NCBI RefSeq assembly: GCF_963921235.1
Contig: NC_086097.1
Coordinates: 1,116,001-1,180,000 of the forward strand
Length of the DNA: 64,000 nt
Reading direction: 5' to 3'
Source: Mobula hypostoma
Taxonomy: Eukaryota
Shown: positions 11,708 through 23,697 of the stretch, in pieces
Layout: every line of letters starts with the position of its first letter
How positions within the stretch are numbered: the first letter of the stretch is position 1
Made by a program: the position numbers and the translations under genes
Notes under the pieces: model-generated
The model's input: the letters and a program-made list of their open reading frames with translations, nothing else
Told to the model about the DNA's origin: nothing
Database searches by the model: none

Positions 11708-11840
11708 ATGAGCCGATTCCTCAATGTTCTCCGCAGCTGGCTGGTGATGGTCGCTGTCATTGCTGCTGGCAATACGATTCAGAGCTTCAGGGATCACAGC
11801 TTCTTGTCGGAGAAACTCTACACGGGAAAACCGGCGCTCG
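11708..11840 (+). CDS. ERG28: ERG28 coding exon 1 (133 nt): MSRFLNVLRSWLVMVAVIAAGNTIQSFRDHSFLSEKLYTGKPAL
   Basis: Translation matches the vertebrate ERG28/C14orf1 N-terminus as recalled (MSRFLNVLRSWLVMV...). ATG at 11708; donor G|GTAAGG at 11840/11841, phase 1. Confidence 0.97.
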
Positions 11841-12327
11841 GTAAGGAAAGTTTGCAGGTGATGGGACTCGATGTTGGGATAGTGGTGTGGTTGTGGGGTA
11901 CTGGACTGATTGAGAAATGGGGGTTGCCTGAGGGTGTCACACGGTGGGAAGAGGGATGGTTGTACCATTGATGAGACCATAAGACCTTTAGACATAGGAG
12001 CAGAATTAGGCCATCTGGCCCATTGAGTCCGCTCCACCATTCAATCATAGCTGATCCTTTTTTTTCCTCCTCCTCAACCCCAGTTCCTGGCCTTCTCCCT
12101 GTAACCTTTGATGCCATGTCCAATCAAGAACCTATTAATCTCTGCCTTAAATACACCCAACGACCTGGCCTCCACAGCTGCATGTGGCAACAAATTCCAC
12201 AAATTCGTCACCCTTTGGCTAAAGAAATCTCTTTGCATCTCTGTTTTGAAAGGGTGCCCTTCTATCCTGAGGTTGTGCCCTCTTGTCCTGGACTCTCCCA
12301 CCCTGGGAAACATCCTTTCCACATCTA

Positions 12328-12364
12328 AGCCTGCTGCATTCACCAGCAACTTTGATGTGTGTTG
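12328..12364 (+). mobile_element. 37-bp PLE terminal remnant
   Basis: GCCTGCTGCATTCACCAGCAACTTTGATGTGTGTTG matches PLE ends elsewhere in the window. 13-bp TSD CTTTCCACATCTA (12315-12327 / 12365-12377). Confidence 0.85.
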
Positions 12365-13335
12365 CTTTCCACATCTATCCTATCTAGGCCTTTCAACATT
12401 GGAAAGGTTTCAATGAGATCCCACTCATCCTTCTAAATTCCAGTGAGTACAGACCCAGAACTATCAAACATTCCTTGGAAGTTAACCCTTTCATTCCTGG
12501 AATCATCCTTGTGAAACTCCTCTGAACCCTCTCCAATGCCAACACATCATTTCTAAGATGAGGGGCCCAAAACTGTTCACATTACTCAAGGTGGGGCCTC
12601 ACCAGTGCCTTATAAAGTCTCAGCTCTTATATTCTAGACCTCTTGAAATGAATACTAACATGGCATTTGTCTTCCTCACCACCAGCTTGACCTGCAAGTT
12701 AACCTTGAGGGTGTACTGCACAAGGACTCCCAAGTCCCTTTGGATCTCAGATTTTTGGATTTCCTCCCTGTTTAGAAAATTGACTGCACATTTACAAACT
12801 TTGTATTTATACTACCAAAGTACATGACCATGCATTTTTCCAACATTGTATTTCATTTGTCACTTTCTTGCCCATTACCCTAATCTGTCCAAGTCCTTCT
12901 GCGTCCTACCTGTCTCCTCAACACTACCTGCCCCTCCCCAATCTTTCTATCATCTGCAAACTTGGCAACAAAGCCATCTATTCCATTATCTAAATCATTT
13001 ATATACAGCATAAGAAGTCATCCCAACACAAGCCCCTGAGGAATACCAGTAGTCACTGGCAGCCAACCCCAAAAGGATCATTTTATTCCCACTCGCTGCC
13101 TCCTACCAATCAGCCAATGCTCTAACCACGTTAGTAACTTTCGTATAGTACCATGGGTTTTTAACTTGGTAAGCAGCCTCGTGTGGCACCTTGTCAAAGG
13201 CCTTCTTTAAGTCCAAATATACAACATCCACTACATCCCCTATATCTATCCTACTTGTAATCTCCTCAAAGAAGAATTCCAACAGGTTTGGCAGGCAGGA
13301 TTATCCCTGAAGGAAGCCATGCTGACTTTGTCCTA

Positions 13336-14005
13336 TCATGCAAGTACAGCAGGCAGTGAAGAAAGCTAATGGCATGCTGGCCTTCATAACAAGGGGAATT
13401 GAGTATAAGAGCAAAGAGATCCTTCTGCAGCTGTACAGGGCCCTGGTGAGACCACACCTGGAGTACTGTGTGCAGTTTTGGTCTCCAAATTTGAGGAAGG
13501 ACATTCTTGCTATTGAGGGAGTGCAGCGTAGGTTCACAAGGTTAATTCCCGGGATGGCAGAACTGTCATATGTCGAAAGATTGGAGCGATTGGGCTTGTA
13601 TACTCTGGAATTTAGAAGGCTGAGAGGGGATCTTATTGAAACATATAAGATTATTAAGGGATTGCACACGCTGCAGGCAGGAAGCATGTTCCTGCTGATG
13701 GGTGAGTCCAGAACCAGAGGCCACAGTTTAAGAATTAGGGGTAGGCCATTTAGAATAGAGTTGAGGAAAAACTTTTTCACCCAGAGAATGGTGGATATAT
13801 GGAATGCTCTGCCCAGAAGGCTGTGGAGGCCAAGTCTCTGGATGCTTTCAAGAAAGAGATGGGTAGAGCTCTTAAAGATAGCGGAATCAAAGATTATGGG
13901 GATAAGGCAGGAACTGGATACTGATAGTAGATGATCAGCCATGATCACAGTGAATGGCGGTGCTGGCTCGAAAGGCCGAATGGCCTACTCCTGCACCTAT
14001 TGTCT
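13336..14005 (+). mobile_element. CR1 3' end nested in a CR1
   Basis: ORF 13338-13934, (CTATTGT)n tail, TTGTCCT repeated at both junctions. Confidence 0.9.
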
Positions 14006-14390
14006 ATTGTCCTGTGTCACCAAGTATTCCATAACATCATCCTTAAAAATTGATTCCAACATCTTCCCTACCACTGAGGTCAGGGTAACTGGTCGATAAA
14101 TTCCTTTCTGCTGCCTTCCTGCTTTCTTAAAGAGTGTAGTGACATTTGCAATTTTCCTGTCCTCTGGCACCATGCCAGAGTCCAATAATTTTTGAAGTAT
14201 CATTTCTAATGCCACCACAATCTCTAACACTATCTCTTTCAGGACCCTCGGGTGCAGTTCATCTGGTCCAGGTGACTTGTGTACCTTTAGGTCTTTTAGC
14301 TTTTTGAGAACCCTCTCTCGTTACTGCACCTACTTTTCTTCCGTCACACACTACACCATCAGACATACTGCTAGTGTCTTCCGCAGTGAA

Positions 14391-14703
14391 GTTTTCCCCC
14401 CTTTGTCTATACCCCTTGCCCATCCTCTGGGTTCCCCCCCGCCCTTTGTCTTTCTCCCTGGGCCTCCTGTCCCATGATCTTCTCATATCCCCTTTGCCAA
14501 TCACCTGTCCAGCTCTTGGCTCCATCCCTCCCCCTCCTGTCTTCTCCTATCATTTTGGATCTCCCCCTCCCCCTCTCAAATCTCTTACTAACTCTTCCTT
14601 CAGTTAGTCCTGACGAAGGGTCTCGGCCCGAAACGTTGACTGTGCCTCTTCCAAGAGATGCTGCCTGGCCTGCTGCGTTCACCAGCAACTTTGATGTGTG
14701 TTG
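14391..14703 (+). mobile_element. PLE pseudo-LTR in ERG28 intron
   Basis: Near-identical to 5150-5449; contains a hammerhead motif. Confidence 0.88.
14606..14641 (+). ncRNA. Minimal hammerhead motif with GUU cleavage triplet, sense to the ERG28 pre-mRNA
   Basis: AGTC-CTGACGA-A-GGGT CTCG GCCC-GAAAC-GTT^GACT. Confidence 0.75.
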
Positions 14704-15257
14704 ATTGATGCAAAATACTCATTTAGTTCATTAGCCATCTCCTTGTCCCCTGTTATTATTTCTCCTGTCTCATTTTCTAGCGGTCCTATGTCCACTCTCG
14801 TTTCTCTTTTATTTTTAACATACTTGAAAAACTTTTACTATCCATTTTGATATTATTTGCTAGCTTGTTTTCACATTTCATCTTTTTCCTTCTAATGATT
14901 TTTTTGTTCTCTGTACATTTTTTAAAACTTCCCAATCATCAAACTTCCCACTAAATTTTGCTTTGTTGTACGCCCTTTCTTTTGCTTTTACAATGGCTTT
15001 GACTTCCCTGGTCAGCCAGGGTGCATCAAAGGGTCTGGGGTGAGGATGAGCAAGACAGTTCCGTGTTGAGTGAACAGAGACTCAGTGTGTGTCAGGATTT
15101 CTGCGGTGCTGAGTGTGAGTAGACCATGGTCTTCTGGTGAGTGTAAACAGGGGAGTCTGTGTATCAGGAATGCTCTGGGGGTGTGAGCATGGATCAGAGT
15201 TTTGGTTATGGGGAGAGATTGGACAGGCTGGGGTTGTTTCTCCTGGAGAACACGCTG

Positions 15258-15920
15258 ACTATGGTTCTTTATGGGAATGGGACCTGCTTTCGGGGTTTCA
15301 TAACTGGCCGTTGTTCGGCACGCCAGGGGCTCGGCCTAACAGTCCAGCTTGAATTTGGAGGCATAGGACCTTGGGGCTCTGGAGACGGGTGGATTGAAGA
15401 TCGGTGTCATGGCAGGAGACCCGTGTGTCGTCGGGGGAGTCAGAATATCGATGGTTGTGTACCCGGATCTTTGGGCGCAGAACTCAAAAAAAAAAAGCAA
15501 CGTAATGGACTTTTAACATAAACGAGTGGGTTGTTTGTTATGTCTCCCTGCTCGCTGTGAAAATGGAGACTCTCCTCTTTCTCCCTTATTCGGGAGAGAG
15601 CGAGCCTGTGGTATGTCGAATACTGGGTGAAACGCGAAGTCTTTGGAGTCTGTGTCTTTGCTGTTGCTTTGCTCACGCTTGAGTGCTTGCTGTTGGATGC
15701 TGATGCTTATTTTTGCTGTGGGGGGAGGAGGGATTGTTGCTTACTGCCGCTTATATGCAGAGGGAGGGGGAGCTGGGAGGGACTTTGGGGTTCTAACATT
15801 TAACTGTCATTCATTCTTTGGGGCACCCCTCTGTTCTCATGGATGGTTGCAAGGAAAAAGCATTTTGGGATGTATATTGTATGCATTTCTCTGATATTAA
15901 ATGTACCTCTGAAACCTTTG
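15258..15920 (+). repeat. Unclassified interspersed repeat inserted in a CR1 remnant
   Basis: Interrupts CR1-like sequence (...LERLGLF-type coding) and ends in an ATTAAA followed by a short tail. Family not recognised. Confidence 0.45.
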
Positions 15921-16412
15921 CGTGAAAGAGATTGGGGGTGGTCCGAGAGGTGTATAAAATGATAAAGTGGGAGATGGTCAGACTCCTTTACCTGTGGTAG
16001 GTGCATTACAGATATGAGCGTTTGAGTTTGGGCTCAGAGGAAAGAGATTAAAGAGAATCAGAGGGGCAAAGATTTTTTTTTAACACAATAAGTGGAATGC
16101 GATACCAGAGGATTTGATGGAGGCAGATACAACTCACTACTTTTGAGAGGCATTTTGAACTTGGCAAGGTATAGAAGCATGTGGATAAAAGGGATGAATA
16201 TATCTGTGTATACAGGTTAGTATTGACATGTTGGGCCAAAGGGCCTGTGCCGTACAACTCTAATATTGTGTTGGGAGGGGTAAGGGCTTCTGTGGTGTGT
16301 AGGGTGTCTGAGCAGGAAGAGGGGTGTTCACAGCTGTTCTCAGCCATAGGGAGTGCACTAATGGTCTGGTGTGGGATTGCACAGTGGGCTACCAACTGCC
16401 TCCAGTTCATTT

Positions 16413-16593
16413 GTGTCTCTTGCACATAGATCTGATGCAGGATGCGCCATCCACCTCAGCTAGCTCTGGTGTTCTCGGTACACGTCTCTGACATATAGAT
16501 CTGATGCAGGGCACGCCATCCACCTCAACTACCTCCGGTGGGCTCGGTACATGTCTCTTGCACGTGGATCTGACGCAGGGTGCCCCATCCACT
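16413..16593. repeat. ~69-bp tandem repeat (about 2.6 units) just upstream of coding exon 2
   Basis: GATCTGA(T/C)GCAGG...CCATCCAC recurs three times. Confidence 0.85.
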
Positions 16594-16651
16594 ACATCCC
16601 CTTTGTTGCTGCTGGAATATTTGATTTTTTACAACTGTTGATTTTGTGCAG

Positions 16652-16742
16652 TGAACGATCTGCAGGCAAGAACGTTTGGGATCTGGACTCTGCTCTCCTC
16701 CATCATCCGGTGCACTTGTGCAGTGGACATTCAAAACCGAAC
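16652..16742 (+). CDS. ERG28: ERG28 coding exon 2 (91 nt): (V)[29 protein letters not shown](T)
   Basis: Acceptor TTTTGTGCAG| and donor AC|GTAGGT. Phase matches the previous exon. Contains the conserved ERG28 [10 protein letters not shown] motif. Confidence 0.97.
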
Positions 16743-17140
16743 GTAGGTACCTATGGCATTTTCACCGTCTGTTCTGAGGGTCTGACCAGCTTCTCATTTA
16801 CCTTTAGTGCTAAGTCTAACCTAATTAGGTGTTTTTTTAATCTCCTAACCTTATTTCTTTGCCTTTTACACCTTGCCCCCATGTCTTTTAAAGATAAAGA
16901 TCAGCTTTATTTGTCACATGTACATTGAAACATACAGTGAAATACGTCATTTGTTTCGTGACTGATGCAGTCTGAGGATATACCGTGGACAGCCGGCAAA
17001 TGTCGCCAACATAGCATGCCCGCCACCCAACCCTAACCTGTACATCTTTACATAAGAACATAAGAAATAGGAGTGGGAATAGGCCATCTGGCCCATCGAG
17101 CCTGCCCCACCATTCACTAAGATCGTGGCCGATCATCTCC

Positions 17141-17631
17141 AACTACTATAGGAAGGATGTGGAAGCATTGGAAAGGGTACAGAGGAGATTTACCAGGATG
17201 CTGCCTGGTTTAGAGAGTATGCATTATGATCAGAGATTAAGGGAGCTAGGGGCTTTACTCTTTGGAGAGAAGGAGGATGAGAGGAGACATGATAGAGGTG
17301 TACAAGATAATAAGAGGAATAGATAGAGTGGATAGCCAGCGCCTCTTCCCCAGGGCACCACTGCTCAATACAAGAGGACATGGCTTTAAGGTAAGGGGTG
17401 GGAAGTTCAAGGGGGATATTAGAGGAAGGTTTTTTACTCAGAGAGGGGTTGGTGCGTGGAATGCACTGCCTGAGTCAGTGGTGGAGGCAGATATACTAGT
17501 GAAGTTTAAGAGACTACTAGATAGGTATATGGAAGAATTTAAGGTGGGGGGTTATATGGGAGGCAGGGTTTGAGGGTTGGCACAACATTGTGGGCCGAAG
17601 GGCCTGTAATGTGCTGTACTATTCTATGTTA
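17141..17631 (+). mobile_element. CR1 3' end (family A) splitting another CR1 tail
   Basis: Near-identical to 170-660; ORF 17262-17573. Confidence 0.9.
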
Positions 17632-17834
17632 TACCTGCCTTTTCCCCATAACCCTTAATTCCCCTACTACGCAAAAATAATTGTGATTTTAGAATGTGGG
17701 AGGATACCTGTGCTGCCATGGAGAGAACGTATAGATGCCTTACAACAGTGACGTTGAGCTCCAGTCACTGGCGATGTAATAGCATTATGCTACCTTTCCA
17801 TTATGTGTATTTATCTAGTAAGTTTATCCATGGT

Positions 17835-17914
17835 CAGGTGTTTCCAACCCGGGGACTACACACCCCTCAGTTAATAGTAGGGGTCCATGGCAGAAGAAAA
17901 TTTGGGAACCGCTG
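17835..17914. mobile_element. ~80-bp hAT-like MITE
   Basis: Imperfect TIRs CAGGTGTTTCCAACC / TTTGGGAACCGCTG. Confidence 0.6.
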
Positions 17915-18549
17915 ATGAAGCCTCCAGCAGGTGCCTCCTTTCCAGGGTGGTCTCAAAACAAACAGGGGCAGGCAGTTAGCAAGAGCAGACTCCACTACGC
18001 TCTGCTGTCTGACACTGTGAAGGTCCCCAGGGGTGGAGGTGTCCGGTCTGTCCCACCTTTCTTCAGGAGACCACTGGCACAAAGACCCCATCTTTGTTCA
18101 GGGCCAGACCCACTCCCACTTGGTCCTCTGCATTTGAGAGGCTGCAGCAATGGAAGGTTTTCAGTGGAGCTGTTCTGCTGGGGATAGTTTTAGCCTGCCT
18201 GTTTGCTATTACAATGACAGTGTGCCTATGCAGGTACAGTGTGTCCCACCACTGGATAAGGTGCATTGGCAGTGAGCGCCAGTATCTAAACTAGCACCCT
18301 TAATGAAACTGGAGGGAACTTCAGAGCATGGAGCAGCGATTGGAATTGGTTTATTATTGTCATGTGTAGCAAGATACAGTAAAAAAAACACTTGTCAGGC
18401 ATGCATTTCTTACGAATCAAGTCATCACACATTGTTTTTACCCTGTTCTACCTCAATGCACTAAGTACAGTATGAAGCGTAACAGCTACAGAGAAAGTGC
18501 AGTACAGATAAATAGTAAGGTGCGAGGTCAGAAGCATAAATTAGAAACA

Positions 18550-20652
18550 GATGTTCTCAGGGAAACATATGGAGGAAATGTGGCAAATGTTCAGCGGATA
18601 TTTGCGTGGGGTTCTGCATAGGTACGTTCCAATGAGACGGAAAGGATGGTAAGTTACAGGAACTGTGGTGTACAAAGGCTGTTGTAACTCTAGTCAAGAA
18701 GAAAAGAAGAGCTTAAGAAAGGTTCAAAAAACTAGGTAATGATAGAGATCTAGAAGTTTATAAGGCTAGCAGGAAAGAGCTTAAGAATGAAATTAGGAGA
18801 GCCAGAACAGGCCATGAGAAGGCCTTGGCGGACAGGATTCAGTAAGACCCCAAGGCATTCTACAAGTATGTGAAGAGTAACAGGATGAGACGTGAGAGAA
18901 TAGGACCAATTAAGTGTGACAGTGGAAAAGTGTGTATGGAACTGGAGGAGATAGCAGAGGTACTTAATGAATACTTGGCTTCAGTATTCACTACAGAAAA
19001 GGATCTTAACAATTGTAGGGATGACTTACAGCAGACTGAAAAGCTTGAGCATGTAGATATGTGCTGGAGCTTTTGGAAAGCATCAGGTTGGATAAGTCAC
19101 TGGGACCGGACAAGATGTACCCCAAGCTACTGTGGGAAGTGAGGGAGGAGATTGCTGAGCCTCTGGCAATGATCTTTGCATCATCAACGAGGACAGAAGA
19201 GGTTCCAGAGAATTGAGGGTTGCAGATATTGTTCCCTTATTCAAAAAAGGGATTAGAGATATCCCAGGAATTATAGACCAGTGAGTTTTATTTCAGTGGT
19301 TGGTAAGTTGTTGGAGAAGATCCTGACAGGCAGGATTTATGAACATTTGGAGAGGTATAATATGATTAGGAATAGTCAGCATAGCTTTGTGAAAGGCTGG
19401 TGTGCCTTACGAGGCTGATTGAATTTTTTGAGGATGTGACTAGGCACATTGATGAATGAAGAGCAGTAGATGTAGTGTACATGGATTTCAGCAAGGCATT
19501 TGACAAGGTACCCCATGCAAGGCTTGTTGAGAAAATAAGGAGGCATGGGATCCAAGGGGACATTGCTTTGTGGATCCAGAACTGGCTTGCCCACAGAATG
19601 CAAAGGGTGGTTGTATACGGGTCATATTTTGCATTGAGTTTGGTCACCAGTGGTATGCCTCAGGGATCTGTTCTGGGACCCCTACTCTTCACGAATTTTA
19701 TAAATGACCTGGATGAAGAAGTGGAGGGATGGGTTAGTAAATTTGCTGATGACACGAAGGTTGGGGTTGTTTTGGATAGTGTGGAGGGCTGACAGAGGTT
19801 ACTGCAGGACATTGATAGGATGCAAAACTGGGCTGAGAAGTGGCAGATGGAGTTCAACCCAGATAAGTGTGAGGTGGTTCATTTTGGTAGGTCAAATATG
19901 ATGGCAGAATATAATATTAATGGTAAAACTCTTGGCAGTGTGGAGGAACAGAGGGATCTTGGGGTCTGAGTCCATAGGACACTCAAAGCTGCTGCACAGG
20001 TTGACTCTGTGGTTAAGAAGGAATACAGTGTAATGGCCTTCATCAACTGTGGGATTGAGTTTAGGAGCCAAGAGGTAATGTCACAGCTATATAGGATGCT
20101 GATCAGACCCCACTTGGAGTACTGTGCTCAGTTCTGGTTGCCTCACTACAGGAAGGTTGTGGAAACCATAGAAAGGGTGCAGAGGAGATTTACAAGGATG
20201 TTCCCTGGATTGGGGAGCATGCCTTATGAGAATAGGTTGCGTGAACTCGGCTTTTTCTCCTTGGAGCGACGAAGGATGAGAGGCGACTTGATAGAGGTGT
20301 ACAAGATGATGAGAGGAATTGATCATGTGGATAGTCAGAGGCTTTTTCCCAGGGCTGAATTGGCTAGCACGAGAGGGCACAGTTTTAAGGTGCTTGGAAG
20401 TAGGTACAGAGGAGATGTCAGGGGTAAGTTTTTTCCGCAGAGAGGTGAGTGTGTGGACTGGACTGCCGGTGATGCTGGTGGGGGGTGGATAAAATAGGGT
20501 ATTTTAAGAGACTCTTAAATAGGCACGTGGAGCTTAGAAAAATAAAGAGGTGTGCAGTAGGGTAATTCTAAGCAGTTTCTGAAGTAGGTTACATAGTCGG
20601 CATAACATTGTGGGCTGAAGGGCCTGTAATGTGCTGTAGATTTTTGTGTTCT
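18550..20652 (+). mobile_element. CR1 ORF2 3' two-thirds (family B), disrupted
   Basis: Fragments with [27 protein letters not shown] and the C-terminal TRGH motif; multiple stops and frameshifts. Confidence 0.92.
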
Positions 20653-20963
20653 GTGAAGTAGGAGCAGAATTAGGCAGTTTGGCCAATCCAGTCTACTCTG
20701 CCATCTTATCATGGCTGATACAATTTTCCTTTTAGCCCCAACCTTCTGCCTACGTCCCCCCCCCACTACCACTCCGTATCCTTTCATGCCTTGACTACTC
20801 AAGAATTTATCAACCTCTGCCTTAAATATACATAAAGACTTGTCCGCCACTGATGCCTGTGGCTACAAATTCCTTAGGTTCACCACTCTTTGGCTAAAGA
20901 AATTCCTCCATCTCTGTTCTAAAAGGACACCTCTCTGTTTTGAGGCTATGTCCTCTTGTCTTA

Positions 20964-21916
20964 GGCTACATCCACACTAGACCGGATAAATTTGTAACTG
21001 AAGCTTTTTCTCTTCGTTTTGACCCTCTGTCCACACTGAAATGGCGTTTTCCTCCCCTGAAAATGGAGCTTTTCTAAAACGCCCTCCGGAGTGTGTAAAT
21101 TTGAAAATGCCGATTGTGCAGAGCAGTGTGGACGGGGTAACCAGAGATTTCTAAAAATGCTGTCATGACGTGCTGGAACAGATGGTGGCGGCAGCGCGGC
21201 ATTTCATAGTTTTCTTAAACGCAAGTCCCCACACAACCTAACGATTTCAGAACAGACAGCAACTATACCGAAGCCAAAAGAGTTAGAAATGTACTTACCA
21301 AATACTTTGACCCATAACTTACTGAATAAATAAGTATACTCACTTTGCCCTGTTTTCTGTCCTTGCTTGTATGAAGGTGGTTTACCTATTTATGCAAGTA
21401 CTTCTCTGACAATAGATGCGTAACAGCCTAATGTAACATTGTATGGAAATACAAGATAACACTGATGCAGACATGTTTTATACATTTAACGAGGTGCTTT
21501 ATTAATGCAACAGAGTTAATCAGTTTTTCAATGTTCGTTGTCAGCCGGGTCATACTGTCTGTGAACTCCCTGTCGGTTGCCTCCATACTTGTTTGTTTGT
21601 TTGCCTCCATATTTGTTGTTTTTAATTTTAAGTCCTCCTGTGCGAGAACCAACAGCTGTCCCTTGTTTGGCAATTTCCTTTTAAGTTTTTCTAGTCTGTA
21701 ACTGCACAAACGTGCACTTCCACAGCAAGATTCGACACCAAACATGTCGCTTGTTTTCTGTAGATGTGTCCTGCCCATGCCCAGTAGGAGGAGATTCACC
21801 CAAGTACCCGTTTTAATGTGGACGGAGGTATTTTCAAAAGTGCTTGGTGTGGACCCCTTTCGTTTTTACGCGAAACCGGCGTTTTCAAAATTATCCGGTC
21901 TAGTGTGGACGTAGCC
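20964..21916 (-). mobile_element. Non-autonomous PIF/Harbinger DNA transposon (953 bp)
   Basis: TIRs GGCTACATCCACACTAGACCGGATAA / TTATCCGGTCTAGTGTGGACGTAGCC; TTA TSD at 20961-20963 and 21917-21919. Residual coiled-coil-like ORF at 21428-21799. Confidence 0.9.
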
Positions 21917-22060
21917 TTAGACTCTCCCACCATAGGAAGCATCCTCTCCACCTGCACTCTATCAAGCCCTTTCATCATTTGATAGGTTTCAATGAGGTCA
22001 CCACTCATTCTTCTGAATTCCAGTGGATACGGGTCCAGAGCCATCAAACGCTCTTCATAT

Positions 22061-22648
22061 TGTAAGACTCGCAGCATCTAGTGACATGATCTCGGGGGTG
22101 GCGTCCCCCTCCCTAGCCAAACTTTAGCATTCTTGTTTGGGTGGATGCTGCGTGGTGTGTCCCTTGTATAACATCAGTACCCTGAAATAACATTCAGTCC
22201 ACAATGTGCGGTTAAACGATTAAAATTTTATATTTAAGTATGGGGTTAGTGGAGAAACAAAAGAAAAGGAAAACAAGTAAAAGACACCAATAATCTCATA
22301 AACATCTCCAGTGCACAAACGTTGGAGCTCACGGATTCCCTTTCGCTGATCCTCCTTTGCTAGTTGACCCCTGGGCTCCTGCCCCGAGCCCAGGCCCAGC
22401 GGGTCCGGCCACCGTCTCCTCAAGCCACCTCTTCTCTCTTCATCCTCTTCGCGCCTTCTCCCTCAAGCCCACACAGACAGAAAGAATAACATCTATCCCA
22501 ATTGCTTAGCAAATGAATACAAGTCCCGTTAGCGCTAATTATAACCCAAGCACGCTGCTACAGAGAACATTGCCTCATCAGTTAACACTACAGAGAAGCC
22601 ATTTCATTATTAGCCTTAGCAAGTAACATGAAAGAAGAAACCCTTACA
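22061..22648. mobile_element. Solo LTR (588 bp), Gypsy-like
   Basis: TGTAAG...CTTACA termini and a 4-bp TSD ATAT (22057-22060 / 22649-22652). Confidence 0.85.
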
Positions 22649-22762
22649 ATATGACAAGCCATTCAATACTGGAATCATTTTTGCGAACCTACTTTGAACC
22701 CTTTCGGGTTTCAGCACATCTTTTCTCAGATAAAGGGCCCAAAACTGATCATGTTACTCCAA

Positions 22763-23697
22763 CATACAACAGGAATTCTGCAGATGCTGGAAATTCAAGC
22801 AACACACATCAAAGTAGCTGGTGAACGCAGCAGGCCAGGCAGCATCTCTAGGAAAAGGTACAGTCGGCGTTTCAGGCCGAGACCCTTCGTCAGGACTAAC
22901 TGAAGGAAGAGATAGTAAGAGATTTGAGAGAGGGAGGAGGAGATCCAAAATGATAGGAGAAGACAGGAGGGGGAGGGATGGAGCCAAGAGCTGGACAGGT
23001 GATAGACAAAAGGGACATGAGAGGATCATGGGACAGGAGGTCCGGGGAGAAAGACAAGTGGGGGGGAACCCAGAGGATGGGCAAGGGGTATAGTGAGAGG
23101 GACAGAGGGAGAAGAAGGAGAGTGAGAGAAAGAATGTGTGTATAAAAATAAATAACGGATGGGGTACGAGGGGGAGGTGGGGCACTAGCGGAAGTTAGAG
23201 AAGTGGATGTTCATGCCATCAGGTTGGAGGCCTACCCAGACGGAATATAAGGTGTTGTTCCTCCAACCTGAGTGTGGCTTCATCTTTACAGTAGAGGAGG
23301 CCGTGGATAGACATGTCAGAATGGGAATGGGATGTGGAATCAGGTTGGAGGAACAACACCTTATATTCCGTCTGGGTAGCCTGAGAGCATGAACATTGAC
23401 TTCTCTAACTTCCGCTAATGCCCCACCTCCCCCTCGTACCCCATCCGTTATTTATTTTTATACACACATTCTTTCTCTCACTCTCCTTCTCCCTCTGACT
23501 ATACCCCTTGCCCATCCTCTGGGAACCCCCCCTGCCCTTGTCTTTCTCCCTGGACCTCCTGTCCCATGATCCTCTCATATCCCCTTTGCCAATCACCTGT
23601 CCAGCTCTTGGCTCCATCCCTCCCCCTCCTGTCTTCTCCTATCATTTTGGATCTTCCCCTCCCTCTCCCACTTTCAAATCTCTTACTAGCTCTTCCG
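22763..23697. mobile_element. Penelope-like element with inverted pLTR arrangement
   Basis: Minus arm 22763-23340 and plus arm 23341-23697; 13-bp TSD CATGTTACTCCAA (22750-22762 / 23698-23710). Hammerhead at 22862-22897 (minus) has GCC instead of GTC. Confidence 0.9.

Larger units (their letters stand above)
11978..15020 (-). mobile_element. CR1 ORF2 3' half with nested insertions
   Basis: RT and C-terminal motifs in minus ORFs 12074-12349 and 13997-14230; tail at ~11980. Confidence 0.85.

Noticed and set aside
11841..11971. ORF-track extension of the ERG28 frame (GKESLQVMG...)
   Set aside because: Read-through into the intron past the GTAAGG donor. The upstream part of that ORF (11648-11707) is antisense CR1.
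18094..18294. 66-aa ORF with a transmembrane-like stretch (GAVLLGIVLACLFAITMTVCLC)
   Set aside because: No ATG at the annotated start and no recognisable family; it does not fit the ERG28 exon chain. It would need BLAST or RNA support.
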